A stretch of DNA of 64,000 nt, from contig OX597820.1 in the NCBI GenBank assembly GCA_951406725.2, positions 69,750,001-69,814,000 on the forward strand, read 5' to 3'. This stretch comes from Octopus vulgaris. Taxonomy: Eukaryota. Made by a program: the position numbers and the translations under genes. Every line of letters starts with the position of its first letter. Positions within the stretch are counted from its first letter, which is position 1. The notes beneath the pieces were generated by a model. It searched no databases. It was not told the DNA's origin and saw only the letters and a list, made by a program, of their open reading frames with translations. Shown here piece by piece: positions 43,677 through 55,880 of the stretch.

Positions 43677-44644
43677 TGTTACAACGTTTACTTTTGTTGA
43701 TTTGTAACTTTGTTTTTCAGAAAATGACCATGATATTTATGCTTGTAACCAGTGTTCATATGTAAATACGCATACACACATGTATATATAACAATTTAAG
43801 AAAGTACTCTTTGCACCGTTTCTTGTTATGAAATCCTTCAAATGAAATTCAAGAATTCGAAATGTCCGTGTGTTGGAAACGTTATTATGTTTTCTTCACT
43901 GCTAAGACAGAGCAGGAGACTTATTGACGCCACTCTGCTTGCTCGGGCTTGATAACAGCAGGTTCTACAGTAAGTTAGCCTGGAGGTGTAATTGGGTACG
44001 CTTGGCTTTTAGTGCTACGATAACGGTATTGCAAGTTTGTTTACTGCTATTTATTTATTTTTCCTTTTCTTTTATACAAACTTTCTTTTAACTTACGTCT
44101 TTGCAATACCAAATGTTTTATAGTTAATGATGTCTGCGGAAACTTCTTTAATATTCCAAACAGCAGAGGGAAAAAAAATTATATGTATGTAATTTCAAAC
44201 ATAATCACAGCTACTCTGTTTATTTTATATCACAATAAAGAAGACAAGTCACTGTCTGTGATGATCTAAAATATTTGCCTATGATTAACTGATTGACAGT
44301 CGTTAATCTATCTACATCAGTAGATGGAGTAAGATATTCTTTGTAACTTTTAAACAAAACATACCTTGGTGTTTTCGTTAGATTATCGTATAGAATTAAT
44401 ATTTATCTAACACGTAATAACATTACGATCCTGTATTACATGTATTTTTTTAGTTATAAGTTGAGAGATATAGCACAATTGGTTTCTTTCTTGTCACTAG
44501 GCCTACATTTTATACCTTAGGGAGATAAGATGGTACTAGTGAAAATTTGCCTTTAAGCATTTTTCTATTGTTATATTTTCAATGATGCTGGAGTGTTCGC
44601 AGAAATGCACAGTACATGAAATTATAAATAGTAATATAGTTATG

Positions 44645-44938
44645 TGTGGAGGTACATGTGTGGAGGTACATGGTTAGAGCAGTGGACTCGCGGTCGCGGG
44701 ATCGCAGGTTCGAATCTCAGACCGGGCGATGTGTGTGTTTAGGAGCGAAACACCTAAGTTCCACGCGACTCCGGCAGAAGGTAATGGCGAATTTCTGTTG
44801 ACACTTTCGCCACAACTTTCTATCACTTTTTCCTCTTGCAGTTCACCTGCGACGGGCCGGCGCCCCGTCCAGGTGGGGAACCTATACGCGAAGGAAACCA
44901 GCCCTATGAGCCAGGTATGGCTTGAGAAGAACAAACAA
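44645..44938 (+). mobile_element. SINE family C, tail type 2
   Basis: GGTTAGAGCAGTGGACTCGCGG..GGTTCGAATCTC head; tail CACCTGCGACGGGCCGGCGCCCCGTCCAGG. Confidence 0.8.
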
Positions 44939-44969
44939 GTGCTTTATGGTATTCGCTTCGGTTCTTTAC

Positions 44970-45270
44970 AGTCTGGCTTAGTGATAAGGGTGTTCGGCTT
45001 ACGCTCGTAAGATCGTTCGATTCCCGGCGATGCATTGCGTCCGTGAGCGAAACACTTTCTTTCACGTTGCTCCGGTTCACTCACCCTTTGAGAACCGGAG
45101 TTGGTTTATTTACGCCCCCATAACTAAGCAGTTTGGCCAAAGACTGACGGCTGGAATACATACCAGACTTTAAAATTTATGCTATGAAGTCGATTTGTGC
45201 GACTGAACACTTGAAGACAGTGCCCCACCATGGCCGCAGTTCTATTACTGAAACGAATAAGAAGAGATAA
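44970..45270 (+). mobile_element. family D head joined to a family A-type 3' module
   Basis: TGGCTTAGTG..GTTCGATTCCC head then GGTTTATTTACGCCCCCATAACT..CATGGCCGCAGT..ACTGAAAC. Confidence 0.6.
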
Positions 45271-45984
45271 AAGATGCTCTATCAGGGCTGAACAACGACA
45301 CCAACATATCGAGGTAAATACTTTTATCAAGGAAAAGAGGGCGGCGTTGACTACGAAATCAACCACAGTGTCTTACTTATAATTGGTTTATCAGTATCAG
45401 AGGAAGGAAAGATTCTGTCGAAGCAGATAAGATTTCAACTCCGAAAATGTTACACCTGGCTTAACAAAGCAACATAACCCAATCTAGTTTCGTACTATCT
45501 TGGCCATATCACTCCTTCTACTTAATATGTATAGCAGACGTAGGCATCATTGAGTAGCCAAGATGCTTGCATTGCATCTTTCTGGTTCCCCTTCCGGTTC
45601 CACTCCCACTCTCAGCCCCAATTGTGGATGCAAATGTTCAGATATCGGGAGTATGTAAACACATACTCTCACTGACACACGCTAAACCCCGCCCACACAC
45701 ACATGATTATATGTATTTGTGTGCATATGCGTGTGTGTGTTTACTTGTGTGCGTGCGTGTGTGTGTATTTGCCTGCATGTTTGTTTACACTTGACTAAAA
45801 ACAATACTATTTCTAATGTATGTCTCTGTGCCACGTATTCTAGCGGTTCAACAAATATAGATTGAGAGAATAATCCAGGGAAAAACATCATTACTTTTCT
45901 CAATATGATCAATTGTAATCTTAAGTTAGTACTTCCTAGCTGAAGACTGGTGACTAAAGAAAAAAAAATCGCTCAAAATAAAAT

Positions 45985-46718
45985 ATACTTTTCTACTATA
46001 GGCACAAGGACCGAATTTTTTGGAGAGAGAGCCAGTCGATTAGATCGGCCCCAGTACTTTATTTATCGACCCCGAAAGGAAAAGTCGTCCTCGGTGGAAT
46101 TTGGACTCATAACGTAAAGACAGACGAAATACCTATTTCTTTACTACCCACAAGAGGCTACACACAGAGAGGACAAACAAGAACAGACAAACGGATTAAG
46201 TTGAGTACATCGACCCCAGTGCGTAACTAGTACTTAATTTATCGATCCCGAAAGGATGAAAAGCAAAGTCGACGTAGCGGCAGACGAAATACGCATTTCT
46301 ATTTCTTTACTACCCACAAGGGGCTAAATACAGAGAGGACAAACAAGGACAGACAAACGGATTAAGTCGATTATATCGACCCCAGTGTGTAACTGGTACT
46401 TATTTAATCGACCCCGAAAGAATGAAAGGCAAAGTCGACCTCGGCGGAATTTGAACTCAGAACGTAGCGGCAGATGAAATACCTATTTCTTTATTACCCA
46501 CAAGGGGCTAAACATAGAGGGGACAAACAAAGACAGACTTAAGTATTAAGTCGATTATATCGATCCCAGTGCGTAACTGGTACTTATTTAATCGACCTCG
46601 AAAGAATGAAAGGCAAAGTCGACCTCGGCGGAATTTGAACTCAGAACGTAACGGCAGACGAAATACCGCTAAGCATTTCGCCCGACGTGCCAACGTTTCT
46701 GCCAGCTCACCGCCTTAA
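45985..46718 (-). mobile_element. SINE family B tetramer
   Basis: Four CGACCCCGAAAG-type units behind one head ending CAGCTCACCGCCTT. Confidence 0.9.
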
Positions 46719-47038
46719 TATTACTACAATATTAAAATTATAATAATGTTTGATCATGTTGAAATGCCAATATGATGGATAGAAGAATGGCTACAGCATT
46801 CATAATTATCTAAGTAGACGCGGTGACGCACATCTACTCTAGTTAAAATTCCGGGTTATACCAATTATGCATTTGAACTCTCCTGTAACAGACAAATAAT
46901 GCATGTGTATATAATTGACTATACGTTAACAACGATATCTCGTACACATCATTGTCCAATGAAGCACCAAATGCATAAATTTAACGCAAATTTTATTCAA
47001 CGTAATTAATCCCTTCGCGTTCTATAGAACATAGGCCC

Positions 47039-47400
47039 TCAAAGTCTTTCCTCCGTTGTTGACTCTGAAATGTTTATAGTATTCCTCCAGTTGGATCCCT
47101 GCTCTTCTTTGCAACTTCCTTTCAGTTTGTATTGCCCTGCGTCAAGTGTTTTCCCGAGAGAAAGCATTTTTCTCCCAAATCTTGTTTCTTTTACATAGCC
47201 ATCGATGCTTCTGTAACATTGCATTTTTCAAAGTAGGAGTTAACTCTACGGAAATCCATTTTTACCTCCGAGAAGCGATTGTCTATTTTAGTCTGGCTCC
47301 CATCCTTTGACCTGTCCAGTATTGGAGATCCTACAAGCGGTCTCCGTTCTGCCAGGATATCTCTCTTTCGTCACTGAAGCATGCAATTTACAAAGTCGCT
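47039..47400 (-). mobile_element. internally deleted RTE-clade element (5' UTR-like piece plus ORF end)
   Basis: Plus strand CCTTTGACCTGTCCAGTATTGGAGATCCTAC..GTCACTGAAGCATGCAA resembles the reverse complement of RTE 5' regions; the minus ORF GYVKE..SLGKTLDAG..LKG..NWRNTI resembles an RTE C-terminus. Confidence 0.45.
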
Positions 47401-47749
47401 GGGGCTAGATCTCGTGATGAAAGACAAACTTAAGTGCAGCAAATGAGCAAAGGCACAACACATTCTAGCTACAGCAGTTTTACGTTCGCATTTCGGACTC
47501 AAATCAAATTTGCCACATATCCTTCAGGGTTCGATCAAATAAAATAACCGTAAAATACTGACGTCGATATATTCGATTGATATCTAAGAACATAAATTTC
47601 AAGCCTGTCTTTGTAAGCAACCGTTATTTCCTGTTCTTGACATAAAAGTTTCAAATATAAGCTAAACTTACGTTTCCCTCATTCCAACTGAGAACAGAAA
47701 TAAAGCGGACATGCAAATTGCTTATGGAGTCAATTAGATATATCTAGAA

Positions 47750-48067
47750 CATAAGTTCTGAAAGTGGGTGCTACCGCCCCCGGTGGGCGTTCAGAGAGTC
47801 CAGGTGGGCGCTGGTGTCTATGGGGAGGGTAGAGAAAAAGGAGCTATTGGGAGGAAAGCAGTGGATTGGGGGACGCTATGAATTTACAATAATATTATAG
47901 TATTGTATACAAATTAGATAATAATATATTAAATATCAAATGATTCATAGTATATATAAATTAATAAAATATAAAATATTTATTTATACATAAAAATAGG
48001 AGTGGGGTGCCAAGGGTATTATGTGGCCATGAGAAGGGCGGTGGCCCAAACAATTTGAGAACCTCTG
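47750..48067. mobile_element. hAT (Charlie-like) MITE
   Basis: TIRs CATAAGTTCTGAAA and TTTGAGAACCTCTG (11/14); 8-bp TSD ATCTAGAA (47742-47749) / ATCTATAA (48068-48075). Confidence 0.8.
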
Positions 48068-48117
48068 ATCTATAAGAAAGCGTTCCCTTTGCACCAAATA
48101 ATTTCGATGGGTTAAAT

Positions 48118-48424
48118 TAGTGCTTCTCAGGCTATCTGATGTGGGGTACCGGCAGTTTTTTTTTTCCAATGTGCCATGGACCGATAATATTTTTTAGTAA
48201 TATAAATTTATACCGGAAACAATATATATATATAATAAATATACTAAAAGATGACAAATTATTTTTATCTTACATTTATTTTGTAAACAAATAATACAAT
48301 ATTATATAAGCATTTTATAAGCATTTTATAATGTTTCCCTTTTTTCTGGAAACTCGCTGCGTATCAGCAGCTGATGGCTTTCGGACCAGCACCGGTCGGC
48401 GGGCCACCACTTTGACTAACACTG
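48118..48424. mobile_element. second hAT (Charlie-like) MITE
   Basis: Ends TAGTGCTTCTCAGG and TTTGACTAACACTG; flanks GGTTAAAT / GCTTAGAT (6/8); GC-rich subtermini with AT-rich centre. Confidence 0.7.
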
Positions 48425-48867
48425 GCTTAGATAATGAACGGAGTAGAAAGATTCCCTAATAGTTCATTTGATACAGCATGTATTTCTGTGTGCATGTATG
48501 TATGTATGTATGTATATATGAATGCATGAATGTGTGTATGTAGGTTAGTAGGTATGTATGTTTGCACTTGTGAGTACAGAGAGAGACACGCGCGCACACA
48601 CACACATATCCATAACATTATGTGTATTTGTGTGTGTGCGTGTGTACATGCGTGTGTGTGCGTGTGATTGTGTGTACGTGAGAGATTGTGTGTGCGTGTG
48701 TGTCTCTGCAAGCAAAATCAGAATGTAAATTAATTCACACATTCTCACCATCTATCTGAATACGTGTGTGTGTATGTATAATTTACATCATAATCGCAAA
48801 TGTATATTCAAATGTGCTTCCGTAATTCATTGATATAAATATATACATACACATATATATATATTTG

Positions 48868-48898
<31 letters not shown>

Positions 48899-48961
48899 GT
48901 GTGTATATATATATATATATGTATATATAAATATATATATATATACATATATATCTATATG

Positions 48962-48994
<33 letters not shown>

Positions 48995-49043
48995 TTATAC
49001 ATATATATATATTTATAAATATACATATGTATTTATATATATA

Positions 49044-49081
<38 letters not shown>

Positions 49082-50417
49082 GGAAATGTACTTAGTAAAT
49101 ATTTATATGTACGTTTCACTGTGTGTGTGTGTGTGTGTGTCTGTGTGCGTATGTGTCTGCGTATGTCACTGTAGTAAGTTAATTGTCAGTGAGTATTTCA
49201 CACGCTAATTGCATATCTCTGTACATTGTGGAATTCGCCAGAGTTGCAGGCTAGTCGGCGCCAATATAGCAGAGAATTACATCATATTGCTTCTTCAGGC
49301 TGAAATATGCAAATTACTGATTTCTTAACGGATGCTTATCGTGTCACTTTGTATGCACCAAATTGTTGCGTCTTTATCGTAAATAAGTTTCGACAAGTTC
49401 GGACCTTCCTTGGCGACTGGCTGGTTCCTTTCACTAATCAACCAGAGTAGGGTGACGGATTTCTGCTAATTTTGACTAATAATTTTAGCTGGTGCATAAG
49501 TTATTATAATCAATTTAATACCGCCGACCCGTTTCTGTCTGACGTCTCGACTGGCACAACTATGTTTAGGTGCCGCTTGTTCTTTCACCAACGGGGGCCT
49601 GCCAAACGGTAGTCTCACACAAGAATATATATATATATATATAATTCTCATTTTTTTTTCTACTTCTTTTACATCATATATAAACGCCCCTTTCTTCCAC
49701 GACGACAACAACCATCACCAACATCACCACTGCCACCACCAGTCATAAAGAAAACTACTACTACTACTACTACTACTAACACTACCACTTCCTAAAAGAA
49801 ATGGCGATGGTGGCGACTTGGCGCTTGTTCAGCTGAGTGGGGTTGGGTCGTCACTGGTTGATTCGCAATTAATCAGAAATACCCTGTTGCGATTTAACAT
49901 TTCAAAACGGAATCCAAGTGTAAACGCAATGTATATGTGTGTGTGTGTGTGTACATGTATACAGAAGTAGTGTGTGTGTGTACATGTATACAGAAGTAGT
50001 GTGTGTGTGTGCGTGCGTGTGTGCGTGTCTGTGTTCATGTATAAGTCGTATGTATGTTTTTTTTTTGGTGTGTGTATGTATGTATGCGCGTGTGTGTGAG
50101 TACATATGAATATGATAAATATATGAGTACTACCTCAACTCACATCGAGTGCTAGATTTAAGTGTTGTTGATAAAGGAAGGAGGTTAATCAATACTGATA
50201 ACAATCAACAAACTCATATCGCCCAGTTCCCTCAATATTTTTTGTTTTTATTTTTATGTTATACTTTATTTAATATCGGCAAAAATTTTTCGACAGAATT
50301 GGAATTATATATATCTATCTATCAAACCGCCTAACTTTATGGCTTCACATATATATATATATATATATTACCACTGGTTATAATAACCTATGTTATTACC
50401 CTTTTGATTATGTTCAC

Positions 50418-50453
<36 letters not shown>

Positions 50454-50456
<3 letters not shown>

Positions 50457-50915
50457 TAAATGTAAAAAAACACAAACTGGGACAAGAACGCAAAACATTT
50501 AGAAGACGATACAAAAAAAAATTTTTAAAGACGATACAAAAAAACGGACGGGACATTCGAAGCCTTCGATCTTCAGTCAAGAACCGGATCATCTTCGCAA
50601 TTTCGGCTGATTAATCTTGAGATTGCTCCGATCTGGCCAGCCCCAAAGGAAAATCTAAGCCAAGCGCATTAGATTCCTTGGAAGAAAGCCTCGAATGTAT
50701 AGAAAACAAGGACGGGAAGGAATAAGAATACAAAAATACGTAAAAATAATAATGATAACACGGATAAGAATACGAAAATACGTAAAAACAATAATGATAA
50801 TAATAATAACAAAAACAGGACGTTACAGACAGGCGTCTTTTCGACAGGACGGGTGAACTTGAGCTGGCGCATTGAAAAAATGCCTGAAGGCGCAGAGAGA
50901 AAAAAATGTGTCTAG

Positions 50916-50917
<2 letters not shown>
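50454..50917 (-). mobile_element. longest family E PLE-like terminal element between (TA)n runs
   Basis: Homology to 328-487 and 38550-38690; internal 42-bp tandem duplication near 50722-50800. Confidence 0.75.
50553..50698 (-). ncRNA. candidate non-circularly permuted hammerhead-like ribozyme
   Basis: GCAAUC-UCAAGA pairs with GAAA-UUGC and UCUUGA-CUGAAGA; additional helices GGCUG/CAGCC, CCAGAUC/GAUCCGG and a 15-bp closing helix with two G.U pairs on the minus strand. Confidence 0.55.
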
Positions 50918-50961
<44 letters not shown>

Positions 50962-50964
<3 letters not shown>

Positions 50965-51315
50965 GAGGAAAACGTCCCCCGTCCAATGGACGGTGCTGAG
51001 TTGTCAAACATTTAAACCAGATTTTCTCCCATAGGCCTCCCCTTTGAGAAACACTGATTTAACCTAAATTTGAGACACCAGCAAAAGAAGAAATAAAGAT
51101 AGACATTTTTCTATTCCAAAGAAAAACGTACAAATGCACGCTCCCACGGCTTTATCGATCGCATTCTCACGTGGAATCGATTTTTGTAATTTTTTCAATA
51201 CTTATACACGTCCTGATACCGTCGGTGTCTACAAATCAAATTTGAGCGCAATCGGGTGGAGGATGCCCGAGATCCTTGAAGACACACACGAACGGAACAG
51301 ATTTTATATAATAGA
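50962..51315 (-). mobile_element. non-autonomous Helitron 5' portion
   Basis: Minus strand begins A|TCTATTATATAAAATCTGTTCCGTTCGTGTGTGTC..CCGATTGCGCTCAAATTTG; 3' end lost in (TA)n. Confidence 0.6.
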
Positions 51316-51867
51316 TATATAACATCTCAGAACGTCTTGCGGATTTTTATAGATGCGGATATCGTGATCATTTTGTTATACATATATTAAAGATTTGCAT
51401 TCTCTCCACAAGATCCCAAGTTCATCCATACTTTGCTCCTGACGAATTGTTATCTACTCTGTTGCTCCAATAGTAATAAGCTAAAGCTGTATTATGCGCA
51501 CTGGATTTACAAATTTCTTATATATATATTGATGTCATCTTTCTATTGTATTATTCGAACCATATTCGTGTCCAGAACACACAAGAGAACATATCTTTTT
51601 TTTTATTTTTGATGGTCCTACACAACGATATATAGCCGGTTGTCATTTAACTTAATGGTCGCTTTAATTTTAAAGTTCCACCAATATTATTTTAACCCAT
51701 CGGACTCATTGTCGTCAATTTCATTAAAAGTTTTTTTCTTTTTTTTTATTATCCTGTTCTAGACTTTTCATGCCTCGTATATATGTATGTATGTATGTAT
51801 TATGTATGTTTGTATGTATGTACGTACGTACGTATGTATATACGTACGTATGTATGCATGTATGTAT

Positions 51868-51980
51868 GTCATTATTGTATTTTATTTCAAGACATTTCTT
51901 AATAGAGAAAGAGCCGCTTTCTAAGTTGAATCCAAAGAACCTTCATTGGAATTCCAACATCATCAATAGGGTATTTTTGT
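51868..51980 (-). mobile_element. family G element in (TATG)n
   Basis: Reverse-complement homologue of 32043-32156 with the same boundaries. Confidence 0.8.
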
Positions 51981-52039
51981 ATGTATATATTTATACTTGC
52001 AGGTTTGTATGTTTTTATGTATGTATTATCATGTATATA

Positions 52040-52300
52040 GTTGCTTATTGAGACATGCTCACATATACTTAAGTGGTAAACTTCTGGAATGTTTGACAAA
52101 TTTTTACAGTTCCAGTAACGGATTGGATCTATAGTTTCTGAATTAGCTTTCTCCTTTCTGGTTTTGAGAAGCCTAATTTCTCAATATTGGCATTTGGACA
52201 GTGTGCTACATATCTCAGGCCTCCAATAATTACAGGTTCTCTAGGTGAGTAAACGTATGTATGTGTATATATATATATTTTATATTGGTTATTATTATTA

Positions 52301-52354
<54 letters not shown>

Positions 52355-52510
52355 CTCAAGGGCCCCAATAATTACAGGTATAATGCAAATTTCTTAATAT
52401 TTCAGCGTAGGTATTTGCTTTTTCACTGATCTTCAGCTCTATGTTAACTTCCGCTAGGCAGCTGATTTCCACAAATGTACACAGTTTCTCTTCTCTGTCA
52501 TTTTCTGCAT
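52040..52510 (-). mobile_element. R4/Dong-type LINE 3' end (second family) interrupted by microsatellite
   Basis: Minus translations DREEKLCTFVEISCLAEVNIELKISEKANTYAEILRNL, IPVIIGAL and PVIIGGLRYV..LGFSKPERRKLIQKL*IQSVTGTVKICQTFQKFTT*. Confidence 0.85.
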
Positions 52511-52837
52511 CATATGTATGTATGTATGTATGTATAATCCTTATTTCACAGCGAGATCTGAATAATTTACTTATTTATCATCAATACGTCTTGGCGGGTT
52601 CAGACTCTGATTGCTGCAGTCTACATCACAGAGGGGTAAATTCTTCTTTTTAAAAAGACAATTTGTTCTACACATTCGGCTCAATGACGCACATGATTCT
52701 GTGACACTGTGGTTTCGACAGATAATATCTTCTCAGCTAGAAACACTCGGATCTTTGGGTCTATATCAAGCTACTAACTTTGTTTATAACTTCACACACA
52801 CATTCACACACACAGACACACTCATATGTATATATAC

Positions 52838-52868
<31 letters not shown>

Positions 52869-52874
52869 TGTGTG

Positions 52875-53174
52875 TGGAGGCGCAATGGCTCAGTGGTTAG
52901 GGCAGCGGACTCGCGGTCGTAGGATCGCGGTTTCGATTCCCAGTCCTGGTGAGTGTTTATTGAGCGAAAACGCCTAAAGGTTCACGAGGCTCCGGCAGGG
53001 GTGGTGGCGATCACTGCTGTACTCTTTCGACACAACTTTCTCTCACTCTTTCTTCTGTTGGCCTGCTCGCTTAACCAGCGGGGTGGCGTCAATTGAAGGC
53101 TAAAACAATGCGCTTCGCATTGTGACCAGCGATGTGTAGCAACACCTAATAGACTGGTCGGTCAAGGTGATCAC

Positions 53175-53178
<4 letters not shown>
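52875..53178 (+). mobile_element. SINE family C, tail type 3
   Basis: GGAGGCGCAATGGCTCAGTGGTTAGGGCAGCGGACTCGCGGTCGTAGGATCGCGGTTTCGATTCCC; distinct tail GGCCTGCTCGCTTAACCAGCGGGG. Confidence 0.88.
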
Positions 53179-53226
<48 letters not shown>

Positions 53227-53290
53227 TATATAGTGGGGTAAATACATATATATATATATATATATATACAATTATATAGTGATGTAAATG

Positions 53291-53321
<31 letters not shown>

Positions 53322-54037
53322 ATACATACATTTATATAGTGGGGTAAATGTTGGTATATATATATATATATGTAACCTATCCCTTTTTAAATCGCATTTT
53401 ATATGAATTGTGCATTCGTATGCATATATATGTGTGTGTGTGCCTGTGTATGTTTGTATGTTTTTGTAAATATATACGTACCTACATATGTATATAAATA
53501 GATAAAGATACATGTGTATATCTGTGTGTGCCTACATGCATACATTCATATACTTATGTGCACACAGATGTACATGAAATATACGCAAAATTCCTCGATT
53601 TATTACATTTTCCGGCTGATTTACTTTCTTTGAGGGGTTTTACTCTCGGTTTTCCTCCTCCAGATCAGCATCTGGAGGGAAGAAATAATATGTACTAATC
53701 CAGTGAAGACATTATACATATATGGTGTCTAGACTAGGATAAACTAATGTAATAAGCACAAATGCCAAATAGATAATGATGGCATCTATAAAGATTCTAT
53801 GACGCCATTTTTGTTGGTTAGGATTGATAATATGGATAAAAATCTTATGACTTCCTGTGGCTCGCGTTCGTATCTTGCGAGGAGAACTGGAGAACAGCAT
53901 GAAGTTTATTAAGAAAAAAAGGGGGTGTTATTTTTTCATCGTTTCGCATTTAACACACAACCACCGTCATTAGTAAACGTGTATTACAGGCAAGATTACC
54001 TAAAATGTGGTACTGATGGGCACACACACACACACAC

Positions 54038-54085
<48 letters not shown>

Positions 54086-54340
54086 AGATCAATCTTACTT
54101 AGAAATGGATGCGTGCGTTCATGTTTTATTTATTATATATATATATATATATATATAACAAAAAGAAAATAGAAACTGCATGTGGAAATGTAAGGGGAAA
54201 GTAAGAAGAAAAATAAGCGAAAATGCACATTGGAAATCAAAAAAAGGAAATGATTTTTATGAAAAGTAACGATAGATATATACAATTAGATGAACTGAGG
54301 TAAGAAAAGTAATAAAATTGTGAATTGTTAAAGAGATTTA

Positions 54341-54379
54341 AAAGCATACCAGTTTCGTAAATTTACTAATCATTGCTTT
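54341..54379 (-). ncRNA. minimal type I hammerhead ribozyme candidate with A3-U8 core
   Basis: AAAGCA AUGAUUA GUAAAUUUAC GAAA CUGG UA UGCUUU; 6-bp stem I, G10.1-C11.1, GUA site; 170 nt downstream of the PLE ORF stop. Confidence 0.65.
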
Positions 54380-54549
54380 CAATACATAACGATTAATGAA
54401 CGGTGCCAGGTCTACTAGTCCCTGAGTAAAAAGATTATGTGTAAGGGAGGTACGTAGTTCTGGATTTGGTGCAATTTGGGTATAGATCTGTAAAATGAAT
54501 GGTGTATGGGATGTGTGCAATTGAAAGGTTAGTAGTGTCCTGTACTATG

Positions 54550-54870
54550 TTATGTGTTCATATTGAATTGTAGAAGTTATTTATTGATAAAAGTTACCTC
54601 TTTATTCATTCTTTGTTGTACTGAGGGGTTCTGTGAACATTGATAGCCGGGGAAAATTAGGAAATTAGGATTAAGATTCCTAGCACACCTTTCTATGTGT
54701 TCGCTAACCTGTATCTGTCTGTATTGTTAGTGGCGGATTTGTTCTTTGTGGAGAGTGGTTCTTCGACAGAGTGATATTCCTGTTTGGCCAGTATAATTAT
54801 TACCACACCCTAAGCATGCAATAGCATAGATTAGATTTTCCGAGGCACAGGTGAAATTTGATTTGATCTT
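54550..54870 (-). pseudogene. Penelope-like element GIY-YIG endonuclease C-terminal fragment
   Basis: KIKSNFTCASENLIYAIACLGCGNNYTGQTGISLCRRTTLHKEQIRH*QYRQIQVSEHIERC..QRMNKEVTFINK*LLQFNMNT*; LIY/CxxC/YxGQT/R..H/H/R..KE motifs, two internal TAA stops. Confidence 0.9.
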
Positions 54871-54940
54871 ATATGCATACACAAACACATGCACACACAG
54901 ACATATTATATACACATATGCGGGGACATCATTATATAAT

Positions 54941-55025
<85 letters not shown>

Positions 55026-55026
<1 letters not shown>

Positions 55027-55142
55027 CAATTGCAGCGTGGAAGGTGTTGGTATGCCATTTAAGAAACAGCTTCCACGCTGCAATTGTTTTCATTTCAGCA
55101 CACGATCTCTGATCAAATCACTTGCTATGCAAGTACATCTCC
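55026..55142. mobile_element. family F fold-back element, second copy
   Basis: 18-bp inverted arms 55026-55043/55070-55087; homologous to 6134-6286; (TA)n on both sides. Confidence 0.8.
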
Positions 55143-55143
55143 G

Positions 55144-55179
<36 letters not shown>

Positions 55180-55482
55180 AAAAAATATATATTTGCATTG
55201 ATGTGTGTCGGAGTATCTTATGGGTGGTAGCGATTGGAACGCCTTTGGATATAGACCTATTCAGTCAAAGCTTGAAGGGTAAACTCGAAGTCTAAACGAC
55301 AACCACTGCGTTTACGAAATATTGAATTTGAGGACAGGATTGCAACTATACGCAATAATGTTTCGAAACCTAGTCAAAATTGCCAATCCGTTCCAGCCGA
55401 ATTCTACAATTTTAAGAATGTACGGTGGGAATTTGGGTCCGATTTTTCGGTGAGTTTTTCTTTAATATCATTTAACAATCCT

Positions 55483-55880
55483 AAGGCGGAGAGCTGGCCG
55501 AATTGTTAGCACGCCGAACAAAATTCTTAGCAAGGTTTCGTCCATCTTTACGTTCTGAGTTCAAATTCCGCCGAGGCAAACTTTGACTTTCATCTTTTCG
55601 GGATCGATAAAATAAGCAGCAGTTAAGCACTAGTGTCAGTGTCATCGACTTACACCCTCCCCCGAAATTGCAGGCCTTGTGCCAAAATCAATAACATTTC
55701 AGAAACTTGAGACAGAAAGCTGGCAGAATCGGTAGCACGGCAGACAAAATGCTTAACGGAAATTCGTCCGTCTTTACTTTCTGAATTCAAAATCCGTCCA
55801 GGCCGACTTCCCCTTTTATCCTTTGGAGATCGATAAAATAAATAGCCCCTCCCATCAAATTTCAGTGGTAGAAAGTATAT
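55483..55880 (+). mobile_element. two older family B SINE copies
   Basis: AAGGCGGAGAGCTGG head at 55483 and AGCTGGCAGAATCGGTAGCACG near 55718. Confidence 0.8.

Noticed and set aside
45985-46718. Regularly spaced repeats resembling a CRISPR array
   Set aside because: The whole unit of about 175 bp is repeated with no unique spacers and no cas genes; it is a eukaryotic SINE multimer
54550-54870. In-frame stops in the PLE ORF as selenocysteine codons
   Set aside because: The stops are TAA, not TGA, and no SECIS was seen
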